Source of the DNA: Mayamaea pseudoterrestris
Taxonomy: Eukaryota
DNA: 47,453 bases
Direction of reading: 5' to 3'
Assembly: GCA_027923505.1 (NCBI GenBank)
Contig: BROI01000036.1
Coordinates: forward strand, 186,001-233,453
The position numbers and the translations under genes were made by a program. This document shows positions 11,901 through 24,093 of this stretch, one piece after another (position 1 is the first letter of the stretch; each line of letters begins with the position of its first letter). The notes under the pieces were generated by a model. The model was not told the origin of the DNA and did not search any database. It worked only from the letters and a program-made list of their open reading frames with translations.

Positions 11901-14900
11901 TGGCGAGCAATATATCAAAGGCAGTTTACAGGTTGCTACGGACCGAAGAGGAGAATGAAGACGAAGACGTTGTCGTGCCGACGGAACGCTCGTTTCCGCG
12001 GATGGAAGCTGAGAGTGCAGCTGAGCGCGAGTTTCGTGTTGCTGTGGCTATTGAAATATGCGGATTGTTGCGTGGGTTCCAGGATTGTCTTATCTACGCG
12101 TCGTCGGCACAGCCTATTTTTAACATCGATCGGTTCCTCCAGATTGCACCAGCATTATTTGAAGAGCAGCGCGGCACATCCGCGCAAGGTTCACAATTGC
12201 TTACGCAAGTATTGTCACCAAGGTCTCGCCGCTTCATGTCCATTCTAGTCAACTGCCAGCATTTCCACCAATTTTTGGAGACACTCGAGTCGGAGCACAC
12301 CTTATTCTTTCGCGAAATCATGTCCACCGTTCATGCGAACAGCGCCACTCGTCGTACGGGCCGATCAGGCCAGCTGACTCTTGACTATCAAAACACACAA
12401 GCATCACTTTGTACCTTTTTGCAAAGATTGGAAGATAAAGTTCCTACGTATCATGTTGGTCGAGTTTTTGATGATACTGAATATACGTTAGATCAAAGCC
12501 AACTAATCGACAATGGATCGCGCTGGCCTCGAGATTTACTGCAGCGAATATCGACAGTCAACGACTCAATGTCGGTGGCAGGTTCCGTCGACCAGTCTGA
12601 CGGCGGCATCAAGCAGATATCCGTAGAATATCTCGTTGAATTAGAGAAGAACCCCTGGCGGTATCAAACTCTGTTTGAAATCCCTCCAGAACACTTGGCA
12701 GGCGCCCCATTTGAATCGGCAGCTCGAAAAGTGAAGCTAAAGGACGCCATTGGTGAGCGACGCTATCAAGCTTGGAAGTTGGCGCTTGAGCAAGAGAAGT
12801 TTGATTTTGACGATTCGAGTCCCTTGTCACCCGAGCCGGGCACCAAGTCTGCATCGGCTAACTTGGATTTAAATTCACTGCTCACGTCTGCTGCAGATGA
12901 TGTCGCACCACTGTCTGCAAATCCGTGGGAAGACGGTTTTACGAAGAGCAAACTTGTTTCTGCCCAGCAACGACTGCAGGATGCTAAAGATCGCGATGTT
13001 TTACGGCGCTGTATTGTACATGCCCTCATGAATAAAGCTTCGAAAACGAAAGACTCAGTTGCCGAAAACGATATGGTTAGTGAGTCGGAAATTGCTCTTC
13101 GAAATGAGTCGGCAAGGAAGTTTCTGCTGAATGTCTTGAGCAAAAGGACACCGACTTCTGCAGATGGCGCCAACGATAAGCGCGCTCTTTCGTCTGCTGG
13201 CGCGTCCAAGCTTGAAAACAACGCGTTTCTCATTTTACTTCGCCTCGGTTGTGCACTCTTGGACGCTTGTATTGAATTAAAAGATTATGATTCGGCATAT
13301 GCCATACTGAAGCTGACAGCAGGCATCTATACAATTACTGGCGATAAAGAGAATGTTGCCGTGTCTTATTTGACTGCACGCTTGGGACTACATCCGATAT
13401 TTGGAGACATGGGCGTTTGGGAAAGGTCGAAAGACCTCCATGTTGCCGCTAGGAGAGAAAACAAGGCGGAGGAAGCTGCTTCAGGCGCCAAAGCAGAGGA
13501 ATACAACGAAGAAGAAGATGAGTACGATGCTGCCGTTGCAACACTGTACGAAATGCTTGGGTACGGAATACCTTCCGAAGAATTGGCACGTTTTGCCGCT
13601 CGGGTGAACGAAATTCACGGTTGGCATCACTCGGAACGTGGCCAGTCGTTGCTTATGCTTGCGAGGAGACTATCGGTTCGACGAGAACATGGTGCTGTGG
13701 GCACCTCCCCCGAAAAAAGGAGCGACCTAGAGTTTATGAGTTCATCTTCAGGACCTGCGGTTGCTCGTCCTGCTTTGAAGGGCGAATTGGAAGTACAAGC
13801 CGTCGATAATCCTGCTGCTGTCAAGGTTGAATCGGCAGCGTGTTCGATTGCTGACAACAGCCAAAATCTCCTTTTGAACTCTGATGCGCCAGCGATTCAA
13901 TACGATGAAGACTTTGAATGGGTGGATCTTGGATGGTGTCACCCCGCTGCCCAGTCGCGTCGCATGAACACTGGCGCGTCTCATGATATACGGCGGCCTG
14001 GTGGTACTTCAAGTTTGTTGAGCATGCTGGACGAGACCAAAATTAATGCGGATGCAGCCAAGCAAACAACCAAGCATATGAAACGATCCGCTATCACATC
14101 GATGGCTTACCTCGGCGCTTCCGTCGTGGTCACGGGCGGTATCGACGGCGGAGTTTTTCTCGCTCGCAAGACGTTTCCCTCAACAGAGTCGTCCAGCGTT
14201 CCGGACGGGACGGAAAAGAACGGTGTTTGCGGCGTTCATCTTGACTGGGGAAGCTCAGGCAGTCGCTATACGGTTGGCTCAACCACCAACACGTTGGATG
14301 GCGAGTATGGAGTTGGCGCAGTAACTTGCCTGGCCACTACGAGTGGAGGAAGCCTTTACGCATCTAAATCACAGTCCAATAGCAAAGGAGTTTTTGATAG
14401 CGTTGCGTGCTTGGATGACGAGGATCTATTGGAGGCTATGGAAGGTCGGCGAGTGGTGGCTGGAACGACATGTGGGGATCTGCGCGTATGGTCCGTCAAG
14501 GATGTTTTCTCGTCCGTTTTTTACTCCAACCACAACGAAATGGGCTCGAGTGCCAGTAGCAGTATCGCTCAAAGTCATGCTTCGGGCGCTGCATCCAGTC
14601 GCGTGGCAAATCCAGCACGACGAAAGTCTGCAACGGACTTTGCCGCAGGAAGCTCCTTGACGAGACTAAAGTTTTCGCTACGTGGCAGAGCCTTATCGGG
14701 TCACCGAGGCGGTGTCTCGTGCATTGACGTTCCTTCAAGCATTTATCGCCCCGATGCGATTGTTTCAGGAGGCGCGGATGGTCTGATCAAGCTATGGAAC
14801 CTTCGCTCGCCTGGTGCTGCCGCCACGCGCATGGATCAAGCTGTTGCTGCAGGAACTGGCGCCGGCGATACATTGGCTCAGCAACGCAGCAAGTCTGCTC

Positions 14901-15700
14901 CAACCGGCGATGCTTTGAGTATTCTTTCAGGACATGGTGGTCGGATTTTGTGTCTCAAAACCGCATGGCATGGCGATCGTCTTCTGTCCGGTGGAGCTGA
15001 CCGTACCGTTCGCATTTGGGATCTTGCTGGAAGTGGCGGCCGATGCCTTCACTCCTTGTCGGGCCATTTGGGTTGGGTGACGCAGGTTCAGTTCTGGGGA
15101 CCAAACACCATTGTGTCTGCATCGACAGATCGTTCCGTCGCCTTGTGGGACGCTCGTGTACGAGGTACGCCACTCTTTATGCTCCGACACCATTATGCTC
15201 CTGTCTCGGATTTGCTGGTTGGGTCGCGGACGGATCCTATAATGATTAGTGCCGGCAGCGATGGTTCCATCGCCGCTTGGGACTTCCGCTACCTTTCTAA
15301 CGATCAAGGAGCTGGGCCAGGGCCATCAAAAAAGCAGCAGCGACTCTGCACAACAGTCCGCGATCCAGATGGACGGCTATTCCTTCAGAAATACAGTAAA
15401 CACGGCCGTGGTAGCGGATCAGTGTTGCTGTCGCGCGGTCCAAACCGAGTTAATCGCAAAACCATTCTCTGCGTTGGCACTGACAGCGTTGTCCGCGAAT
15501 GGGACTACCAAACGGGCCAAGTAGTGACGGAACACGCCACTGGCCACTGCGACTTGGTGAGTTCCTTCCACTCGGTCCAAGGCAACAAGCTGTACGACTC
15601 TCAACTGTCTTCGAGCGCCCGCATGACTGGAACAATATCAACGTCGTGGGATGGAACGGTTCGAATGCGCACACTAGTGGCCACGACGGCTGAAATATAA
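7700..15700 (+). CDS. DENN-domain / WD40-repeat protein (putative Rab GEF, SCD1/DENND3-like architecture) with C2-like segment
   Basis: Single 2666-aa ORF. uDENN (VIDFVCVVG...LERFPP...WFCFP), cDENN (LLAAFLTECKIVLHS...LIYPFTW..PYVPVLP..IEAPLSYLIGV), dDENN-like (FMSILVNCQHFHQFLE) and C-terminal WD40 repeats (LSGH..V..IVSGGADGLIKLW; LSGGADRTVRIWD; SASTDRSVALWD). Confidence 0.9.
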
Positions 15701-16226
15701 TGCGCTTGCGTAAAATAATATAGAATACAAGTATATATGCGTTAGAGAATAGAAATATGATGTTTTTTGTAATTATAATATGTTGCCAGCCTACGTACGG
15801 CATGCTCTGGAATGAATGGCACGAAAGTGAGTTCTGTCTGGAAGTGGGCGGCTAATCCAAGCTCTTTTGATACCAAGGTCACAGATAATCTGACCTGCAC
15901 TTGTCAGCGGCATGCTATAGACTGGTTTGGCATGATACATTCATTGTTGCCCATGAGATTGGTCTTGGAGTGGGGCGTTGGTAGGGCGGTTGTTTCCTTC
16001 GATAATCGCCAAACGAGTCGAGATCGCACCGGTTCTAAAAGGGAAACGCTGCGACAGGCAACGACGTACGTCACGGACCATCATGATGGATGCCATCGAC
16101 AAGAATGCGTGACGGCGACGACGAGCAAGCAAGAGGCGACGCATCCCAAGCATAGTAAGCATCGTTTGCGAAGGGATACTCTCATATCAATACTCTACCA
16201 GAAGCCAAGTCTTTTATTGGTCCAGA

Positions 16227-18151
16227 ATGATGCGCGTCTCAATATTCAGTCTCCTCTTGATTGCGTCGTCGTCCAGCGCCTTTACGGCTGCGCCTCGAAG
16301 CAATGCGTTTCGTCATGCACTCTCCATGGCGGACGCTGCTTCGTCAGACTTTGACTTTGACGTTGCCATTATTGGATGCGGAGTCGGAGGACATGGAGCT
16401 GCTCTACATGCACGAGCGCAAGGCTTGAAGACGGCAGTCTTTGCCGGAAATGACGTTGGAGGGTGAGTGAATCGTCATTCATATTCAATGCTGCAAGACT
16501 GCAGGAGTGATCTTAATATATGAATGACATGAATGGAATGAGAGTTTATGCAAGATGCGCGGAAAAAAGAAGAACCGAGGCTGCATTAAAAGCAAGAGGG
16601 AGGAACCGAATGACGGCTCGGAGACGAGAGGAGGTCAAGCATCTAGAATGATCCATTGATTGCTTTGTATATCTGTCGCCATGCTTCTTTTGTTTCACTT
16701 AACTCAATCATTTTAAATCTTTCAAATCACGTTAGAACATGCGTCAATCGCGGCTGCGTTCCCTCCAAGGCTCTACTGGCCGCCTCTGGTCGCGTCCGCG
16801 AAATGAAGGACGCAGAACACTTGGCGTCGCTTGGAATTACCGTTCCAGAAGTTTCCTACGATCGGTCGGCCATTGCGGCGCACGCCAAGAACCTGGCCAA
16901 TCGAGTCAAGGGTAACTTGGAAGCCAGCTTGAAGGGACTTTCGGTGGATGTTATTGAAGGCAAGGGCTCGCTGACTGGAGTGGCGCATGAGGTCAAGGAC
17001 CAGTCAACGGGCAAGGTATATCGCGCCAAGGATATAATTTTGGCACCTGGATCCATTCCCTTTGTTCCGCCAGGTATTACCGTTGACGAAAAGACAGTCT
17101 ACACGTCCGACGGTGCACTGGAGCTTCCCTTTGTTCCAGAGTGGGTTGCCATTATCGGATCCGGCTACATTGGACTTGAATTTAGTGACGTTTACACAGC
17201 GCTTGGCTCGGAAGTTACCTTCATTGAAGCACTACCCATGCTCATGCCAACCTTTGATCGCGAAATTGCCAAGCAAGCGGAGCGATTCTTGATTCGCGAG
17301 CGAGCGATCGACTACCGCACTGGAGTATTTGCGGCCGAAGTCACGCCGGGTATTCCAGGTGAAAAGCCTGTCACGATCAAAATGATTGACGCCAACACAA
17401 AGTATGTCATCACGAGTGTTCTTGTCCGATAGCTTATGCCGCATATGTAGCTCATTATTCCCTTCTCTCTCACTCTCATTAACACAGGGAACACGTCGAA
17501 ACACTCGAGGTCGACGCTTGCATGGTTGCCACTGGCCGCGTTCCAAACACCAAGAACATGGGCTTGGAAGACATGGGCATTGAAACAAACCGCGGATTTG
17601 TCGCCGTCAATGAAAAGATGCAAGTCATGACCAAGGCTGATGGCGGTGAGCTTGTTCCGCACGTGTACTGCATTGGAGATGCCAACGGAAAGATGATGCT
17701 GGCGCATGCCGCTTCGGCCCAAGGTATCAGCGCCGTCGAAAACATTGTTGGGCGTTCCCATGTTGTCAACCATGACGCCGTTCCTGCTGCATGCTTTACG
17801 CACCCTGAAATTTCCATGGTTGGACCGACGGAGGAACAATGCATTGAAAAGGCCAAGAAGGAAGGATGGACGCTTGGTAAGAGTCAAGGCAACTTCCGCG
17901 CCAACAGTAAGGCATTGGCGGAAGGGGAAGGCAACGGTATTGCCAAGGTTCTTTTCAACAAGGATACGGGCAAGGTTGTGGCCGTTCATATTATTGGCAT
18001 CCATGCGGCTGACTTGATTCAAGAGTGCGCCAACGCTGTCGCCGCTGGAACCACGGTGCAGGAGCTATCCATGATGGTGCACACGCACCCTACGCTTTCG
18101 GAAGTAATGGATGAAGCCTTCAAGGGAGCAGTTGGCATGTCGTCGCATTAA
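16227..18151 (+). CDS. lpdA: Plastid dihydrolipoamide dehydrogenase (PDH E3), exons 16227-16462, 16736-17401, 17488-18151
   Basis: Signal peptide + SAF cleavage motif; FAD GxGxxG (IIGCGVGG); spliced redox motif [25 protein letters not shown]-terminal HTHPTLSE. Both introns are GT-AG and restore frame. Confidence 0.95.
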
Positions 18152-18431
18152 ACGAATGATTGAGCTGGCGGCGCAGCGCTGATGATTTTGAGGCGTGACG
18201 GCGGCTTCGGATAGTCAGTGTATACTGGATTAGTAGACAAAAATTACATATTTTTCGCAATATCTGTTTGCGTAGTTTGTGGCGGACGCGTGTTTATTTT
18301 TTATACACTAAAAGCAACCTACGGCGAAAAACACCTTTTCTTTATCTCACGACGGAACAAGTAAGTCGATTAATCTGATTATATCAATTTATAGCTGTCG
18401 ATGCATGTTCCATCAATTGCACCACTATCTC

Positions 18432-20280
18432 TTACACATACTGCACACGCATCAAGTTGGTGCTTCCCTTGTGATGAATTGTTCCCGTAATGACAATGAC
18501 AGCGTCGCCCTTTTTGAGTCCATGTGACTCCTTCATTTCTTCCAGGCAAGTGTCAATGTTCTTGTCCAAGTCGCCAAAGCTCGTCAAAACCTTGGCAGCC
18601 GCCGACCGCAAAACGCCACAAACCTGACGAGCCACACGAGCTTCCAAGGTCAAGCACAAGATTGGCACGCCCGGACGAAACTTGGCCACCTGCGTGGCAG
18701 TCGTTCCCGACTCGGAACACACAATGATGGCCTTGGCCTTGACGTCAATCGCCGTCTTGACGGCCGAGCTGGCAATCGACTCGGACGTGGACAAGTATCC
18801 ATACTGCGCCAGCGTGCTGTTGCGGACGGCTTGGTAAAGCATGTTCGTGTTTTGGGCACTCTCTGCTTCGACGCATGTTTGACTCATGATTGTGACGGCG
18901 GCCGTTGGGTATTGTCCATTGGCCGTCTCACCCGACAACATGACGCAATCGGTTCCGTCCAAGACGGCATTGGCAACGTCGCTACACTCGGCGCGAGTGG
19001 GGCGAGGGTTGGTAATCATGCTTTCCAGCATTTGCGTGGCCGTCACAACTGGCTTGCCGGCAATGTTGGCCTTTCGAATCATGTACTTTTGCGCCAAGAA
19101 GACCTTTTCGGGAGGGATCTGCGGAAGTGAGGGAAGCAAGCGTGAGTCGGTGTGACAGGCTAACTTTGTTCAAAAACAAAACTGAAGTATTTCATACATA
19201 CCTCCATTCCAAGATCACCACGAGCCACCATGATGGCATCCGTCGCTTCCAAAATGGCATCATAATTCTCGAGTCCCTCCTGATTCTCAATCTTGCAGAT
19301 AATCTTGATACCTTCGGCGTTGTGCTCCTTGAGAATCTCGCGAATCTTGTGCACATCCTCCGCCTTTCGAACGAAGGATGCCGCAATAAAGTCAATCTCG
19401 TTTGGAATACCCCAATTGACAATGTCATCAATATCCTTGTCCGTCAACGTTGGCAAGTCCACGACGACGCCAGGAAGATTCATGTTTTTGCGCTCGCCAA
19501 TGGCCACAGTATTTTCAATGCGAGTTTCGACCGTCTTTTCCGCTTCATTCGTCGAAAGCACCGTCAAGACCAATGAGCCATCCGCCACTAGAATTTGCTG
19601 TCCCTTGGTAACATCCCGCGCCAAGTTTGGGTAGGAGCAAGCAATCTTGGTCGAGTCGCCCTTGAAGTCATAGTCGGCCGTGAGCGTCAGCGTATCGCCC
19701 TTGTTCAGCTGCACCTTGTTGGCGCCGTTGGCAAAGAAGCCAGTGCGAATCTCGGGTCCCTTGGTGTCAAGCATGACGGCTGTTGAGTGAATGAATTGGG
19801 TGAGAGACAGTAGCGAGTGATAACTGACAATGACATGAGACTTCATGAACGAATCTTGAACTCAATTGCCATTGAATAGCAGCTTCATCATCGCCCTTCT
19901 CACCAGACAAAACGCTCAACTTCTCCTCTTCTATGATATCTCGCTCTTTCAGATCCGATATACATCAATGACATCCATTCCAATCATGATGCAATATAAA
20001 AGTACGTACCAACATGCTTATTCTTCTTCTTTGCTGCTTGACGCAATCGATCCAAACAAGCCTTGTGTCCCTCATGGTCTCCATGCGAAAAGTTGAATCT
20101 GGCCACTGCCAATCCAACATCCATGAGTTCCTCCAGCTGCTCCACCTTCCAGCAGGCTGGTCCAAGCGTGCAAATAATCTTGGACTGGGCCTGCGAATCG
20201 TTGACTCCCAAAATGCTTTCCAGCGTAATGTTGGCGCCGCGAAGCTCGGGGCCGCTGGTGCTCGTTTGACTCAATGACAT
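18432..20280 (-). CDS. PK: Pyruvate kinase (no obvious targeting peptide, likely cytosolic), exons 20280-20010, 19779-19202, 19118-18432
   Basis: [90 protein letters not shown] introns restore frame. Confidence 0.96.
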
Positions 20281-20560
20281 ATTAGTAGTGATAAAAGGAG
20301 AAGGCTACTTGTTGTGATGGATGGATGCAGCAATGCAGCAATGCAAATTGTAATGCGAGAAGCAGCCAAGGTCGTTGTCGGGAAGCAAGCATGCAAGCGA
20401 TGCATGGTGGAAAGCGGCGGCGCGGTGGCGAAACTGACGTACTTCTGCAGTTGTCGGAGCGGGACAAAAGTCGCAGCGGTTATTGGGTCGTGGTGGCGCG
20501 CCATGTTCAAAGTTCAAAGATCGACACGAGGCAAACCAAAACCAACAGGACTAATCTACC

Positions 20561-21442
20561 ATGTTCTTCTCCAACACAGCCGCACGAAAGGAGAAGCTCT
20601 GCGAGCCGCTCAAGGGTCCTCCACCAGGTCGTTACCCTTGCAATCCGACGCTCCTGCTGGGAATTCCACGATTCATCGCCGAGGAGCTGCACCATGTACT
20701 CATCAACGACTTGGTGTATTCGCGCACCAGCAAGCTCCAGCAAGAGTTGAATCCTCGTCTCTCCGACTTGGATCTATTGCAAATTCTTGAAAACTTGTCG
20801 GGGTCAGACTTGATCAATTTGACAAAAGCCTATAATGGAAGTATTTTGGTTCTGGATGACGACATTTACGTCAATGACACCGATCAAGTGAGTGCAGCAA
20901 AGCTTGAACAGGTCTCTGCTTTAGCTCCCTTTCAGGCAATTGTCGTTCACTCCAATTTCGTGTACGAAGATTCGATTCGTGAGTTTACTGTGATGAGCTA
21001 CAATCAGCATGGGACGTCGGTGGTATACATGTCGATTGAAGGAATCTTTGACATGTCAGCCTTGCGGCAAGCGTTTGGAATTGACTGGAACCTTTCCGCA
21101 TACACAAAGCGCCAGATTCAACTCACAGCAAGCCAGGGCCACCGCATACTTGGCCGAAACGCGTTTCACCCGCACGACACGTACACAAAGGCACATTACG
21201 TCACTTCACGTCGAGCCGAGGAAGAGTTGTTTGCCGAATGCGTTGATCCGACGGACTATGAGGGAGAGGACGACGATGAAATGCCGGCTCCATCTCCAGG
21301 CTCGCCAGCGTTGGCTCATATTGACGGCAACAAGAGCGTTTCGTACTTTGGTTTTGTGAATTCACTGGATGTTTCCTACGGCGCAATCATGTATCGACTT
21401 TGCTTTGCGGCGGAATTTGACAAGGTTGAGAAAAGCAATTGA
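20561..21442 (+). CDS. Hypothetical protein (293 aa), divergent from PK
   Basis: Long ORF with globular-looking composition followed by an AT-richer 3' region; no recognised motif. Confidence 0.65.
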   Translation: MFFSNTAARKEKLCEPLKGPPPGRYPCNPTLLLGIPRFIAEELHHVLINDLVYSRTSKLQQELNPRLSDLDLLQILENLSGSDLINLTKAYNGSILVLDDDIYVNDTDQVSAAKLEQVSALAPFQAIVVHSNFVYEDSIREFTVMSYNQHGTSVVYMSIEGIFDMSALRQAFGIDWNLSAYTKRQIQLTASQGHRILGRNAFHPHDTYTKAHYVTSRRAEEELFAECVDPTDYEGEDDDEMPAPSPGSPALAHIDGNKSVSYFGFVNSLDVSYGAIMYRLCFAAEFDKVEKSN

Positions 21443-22027
21443 CCAAGTTAATTTGGAGGAACCAAATGCTTGCTGACGGCATTCGATTTCGTAAATATAA
21501 TTCTCGCGACACACTTATTACATAGGCAGCTAACCTGATTTTAGTAGTTTTAGTACTTAAGCATTCAAGTCTACCTATGCCTCCGCTGTCCAACAATCGT
21601 CCAGCCATTTCGCAAATGCTCATGTAAAAGTCGCGAGAGCAGTACAGCAGTAGACTGCTTGGGCAGCGAGTATACTTCTTGATTGTCGTTTCGACTAACA
21701 GTAAATCGCACTTTAGAGCCTGAAAGCAGTCGCAAATGCTAGCACGAGAGCAGTGTATTCCAATTTCAATTCGAATCATGCTGAGGGCTTGCATCACCCC
21801 AAAGATAAATCCCGTGATTTGCATTTGGTATGTATTTGGGCAATTCCCAACGCAACAATGGTTCGACGTTCGCAGCACGCGATGGCAAGATTTCTGCGTC
21901 GAGGATCGGGTGTGCTTACTACGACGTGCTTAGCGCACCGGAAGGCTCGTAATATAATTTGCTGAGACGGTTTGACAAGCATGATACAATAATAAGCATA
22001 CTCAATACATCATTACTTTAGACACCT

Positions 22028-23691
22028 CTACACTGGAAGACCTCCGCGCCGAGGTCCAAGAATGTTCTCCGCCACTTGGGCTTCACCCAGTCCCAAAATA
22101 TTTTGACATAGCAAATCACTGTAGGATTGTTGCAGGCGCTCCACCGTCTTGACTTCGGCGGAACGCAAGCACTCGCGAGGGTCGTAGTACTTCTTGTTGG
22201 GCTTGTCAGCACCTTCAGGGTTACCAATCTGAGTTTGCAAGTAGTCATGGTACTTGGCTTCGAAACTACGAATACCTTCCCAATATGACCTAAAAAGCGA
22301 CATTGATAAAGAAGTTAGTCAGTATCAAAACAAACCAATGAAGAATGACAAAATTTATAAAGACCGCAACGTACCATTGGGTGTCCGTGTCAATGTTCAT
22401 TTTGATGACGCCGTAGCCAATGGACTCTTGGATATCATTGATATCCGATCCACTTCCTCCATGGAAAACAAACTTGACTGGCTTGCCGTCAGCCGGAGCC
22501 TTGTCACCAAGCTTTTCCGCAATGTATTCCTGTGCGCGCGACAAGATTTTGGGCTCGAGCTTAACATTTCCTGGTGAATACACGCCGTGCACATTTCCAA
22601 AGGCAGCAGCGACAGTGAACGCCTCGCTGATGGGAGTCAACTCCTTGTAAACTTGGTAAATCTCCTCCGGCTTGCTGTACAAGTCCTCGGCAGGTCGGTC
22701 CGAGTTGTCAACACCATCCTCTTCTCCACCCGTAATGCCAAGCTCCATTTCCAGCATGATACCAATCTTGGACATTCGCTTCAAGTACGTCTTGCAGATT
22801 TCAATGTTTTCCTCAATCGGTTCCTCCGACAAGTCAATCATGTGACTCGAGAACAATGGCTCGCCATGCTGCTCAAAGTATCGCTCGCTTGCCGCAAGGA
22901 GTCCATCAATCCATGGAAGCAGCTTCTTGGCGCAATGATCCGTATGAAGAATGACAGGAACTCCATATTGCTCGGCCATGGTTCGTACATGAAAAGCACC
23001 CGATACGGCTCCAGCAATAGCAGCCCGATAGTTGGTATTGTCTAGTCCCTTGCCGCCGTAAAACTGCGAACCGCCCGAGGAGAATTGAATGATAATGGGA
23101 GCGTCGTTGCGGCGAGCCGCCTCAAGACAAGCGTTGATACCCGATGAGCTGACGCAATTGACTGCTGGAATGGCGTAGCCTGTTCAGTGATGAGTGAATG
23201 GAGAGTGCAGATAAGAAAACGAATTGTTCAGGAAAATGACGTCTGAATGCGTGACAAACGAAGTCTCCCAAAAACGAAGCGCTGTAAAGCCATGAATTTC
23301 GGCCGACATGGTCTCCAATTCAAGCCAGCAAGAAGCTGTCAATCAATTGTATAACTTTCAGAAGCAAATCAGACTAGCCGAGTCCTCCAAGAGGTCCATT
23401 CGTTCCGTTTCATTCACTTGTTCCTCCGTTTCCCAGCAACATTGGCTTACCTTTCTTCTTGGCATCCTCCAAAAGGTCAACGACAGCCTGTCCACTCAGA
23501 ACTCCAGGATGGACTGAATCTGGCATATTGGGGTACTTGGTGATGGCACATTCCGCCTCGCACGGCAAGCCAAGCTCGCCCGCCGATCCAGAGAGCGCAG
23601 AATTGCTGCTGCAACTTTTTGGAGCGGAATGAGTTGCAAAGGCGACTGCGACTTGCGGCAAGAGCAGTAATGCAAGGACTTTCATCATCAT
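22028..23691 (-). CDS. FBAC1: Plastid class II fructose-bisphosphate aldolase (FBAC1-like), exons 23691-23451, 23179-22375, 22289-22028
   Basis: Bipartite presequence (AVA-FAT); YAIPAVN, IIIQFSSGGSQFYGGKG, ILHTDHCAKKLLPW, FSSHMIDLS, EMELGITGGEEDG, AAAFGNVHGVY, VFHGGSGS, KMNIDTDTQW, NKKYYDPR. Class II is secure; the FBAC1 isoform name is from recollection of diatom homologues. Confidence 0.93.
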
Positions 23692-24093
23692 TCCCTACGT
23701 ATATCTCACAGACTTATTTCAGAGGGTCGAATAAACGATCGTATGAAAGGTCAACAGGTTTGACGATGGTGATGAAACTCATTGTCGACGACGAAACCTC
23801 ATCGTCGCGGATCTTGCGGCTCGCAAGCGCAACTGATGACGTACGTGCGTCGGCGCGCCAGCCCGGTGCCATAACCGGTCCGACATCCATTCTTTAAAAT
23901 TCGCGCGCGCCGTGCTTCCAACATGCGAGCTACGCTACTTGACCATGGACCATAGTTTGAGCCGCACAGAAACGCATGCACAAGTCATGGTATATAAGTG
24001 CGCTACAGTATAAATGTACATGCAAAAATCCCTGTTATATTGTAATATCTACCGATAACATACACTCTCCGTACAGTATTGTCGCTCTGAACT

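Noticed and set aside
7566..23045. Many antisense and alternate-frame ORFs overlapping DENN, LPD, PK and FBA
   Set aside because: Shadow ORFs of real coding sequence.
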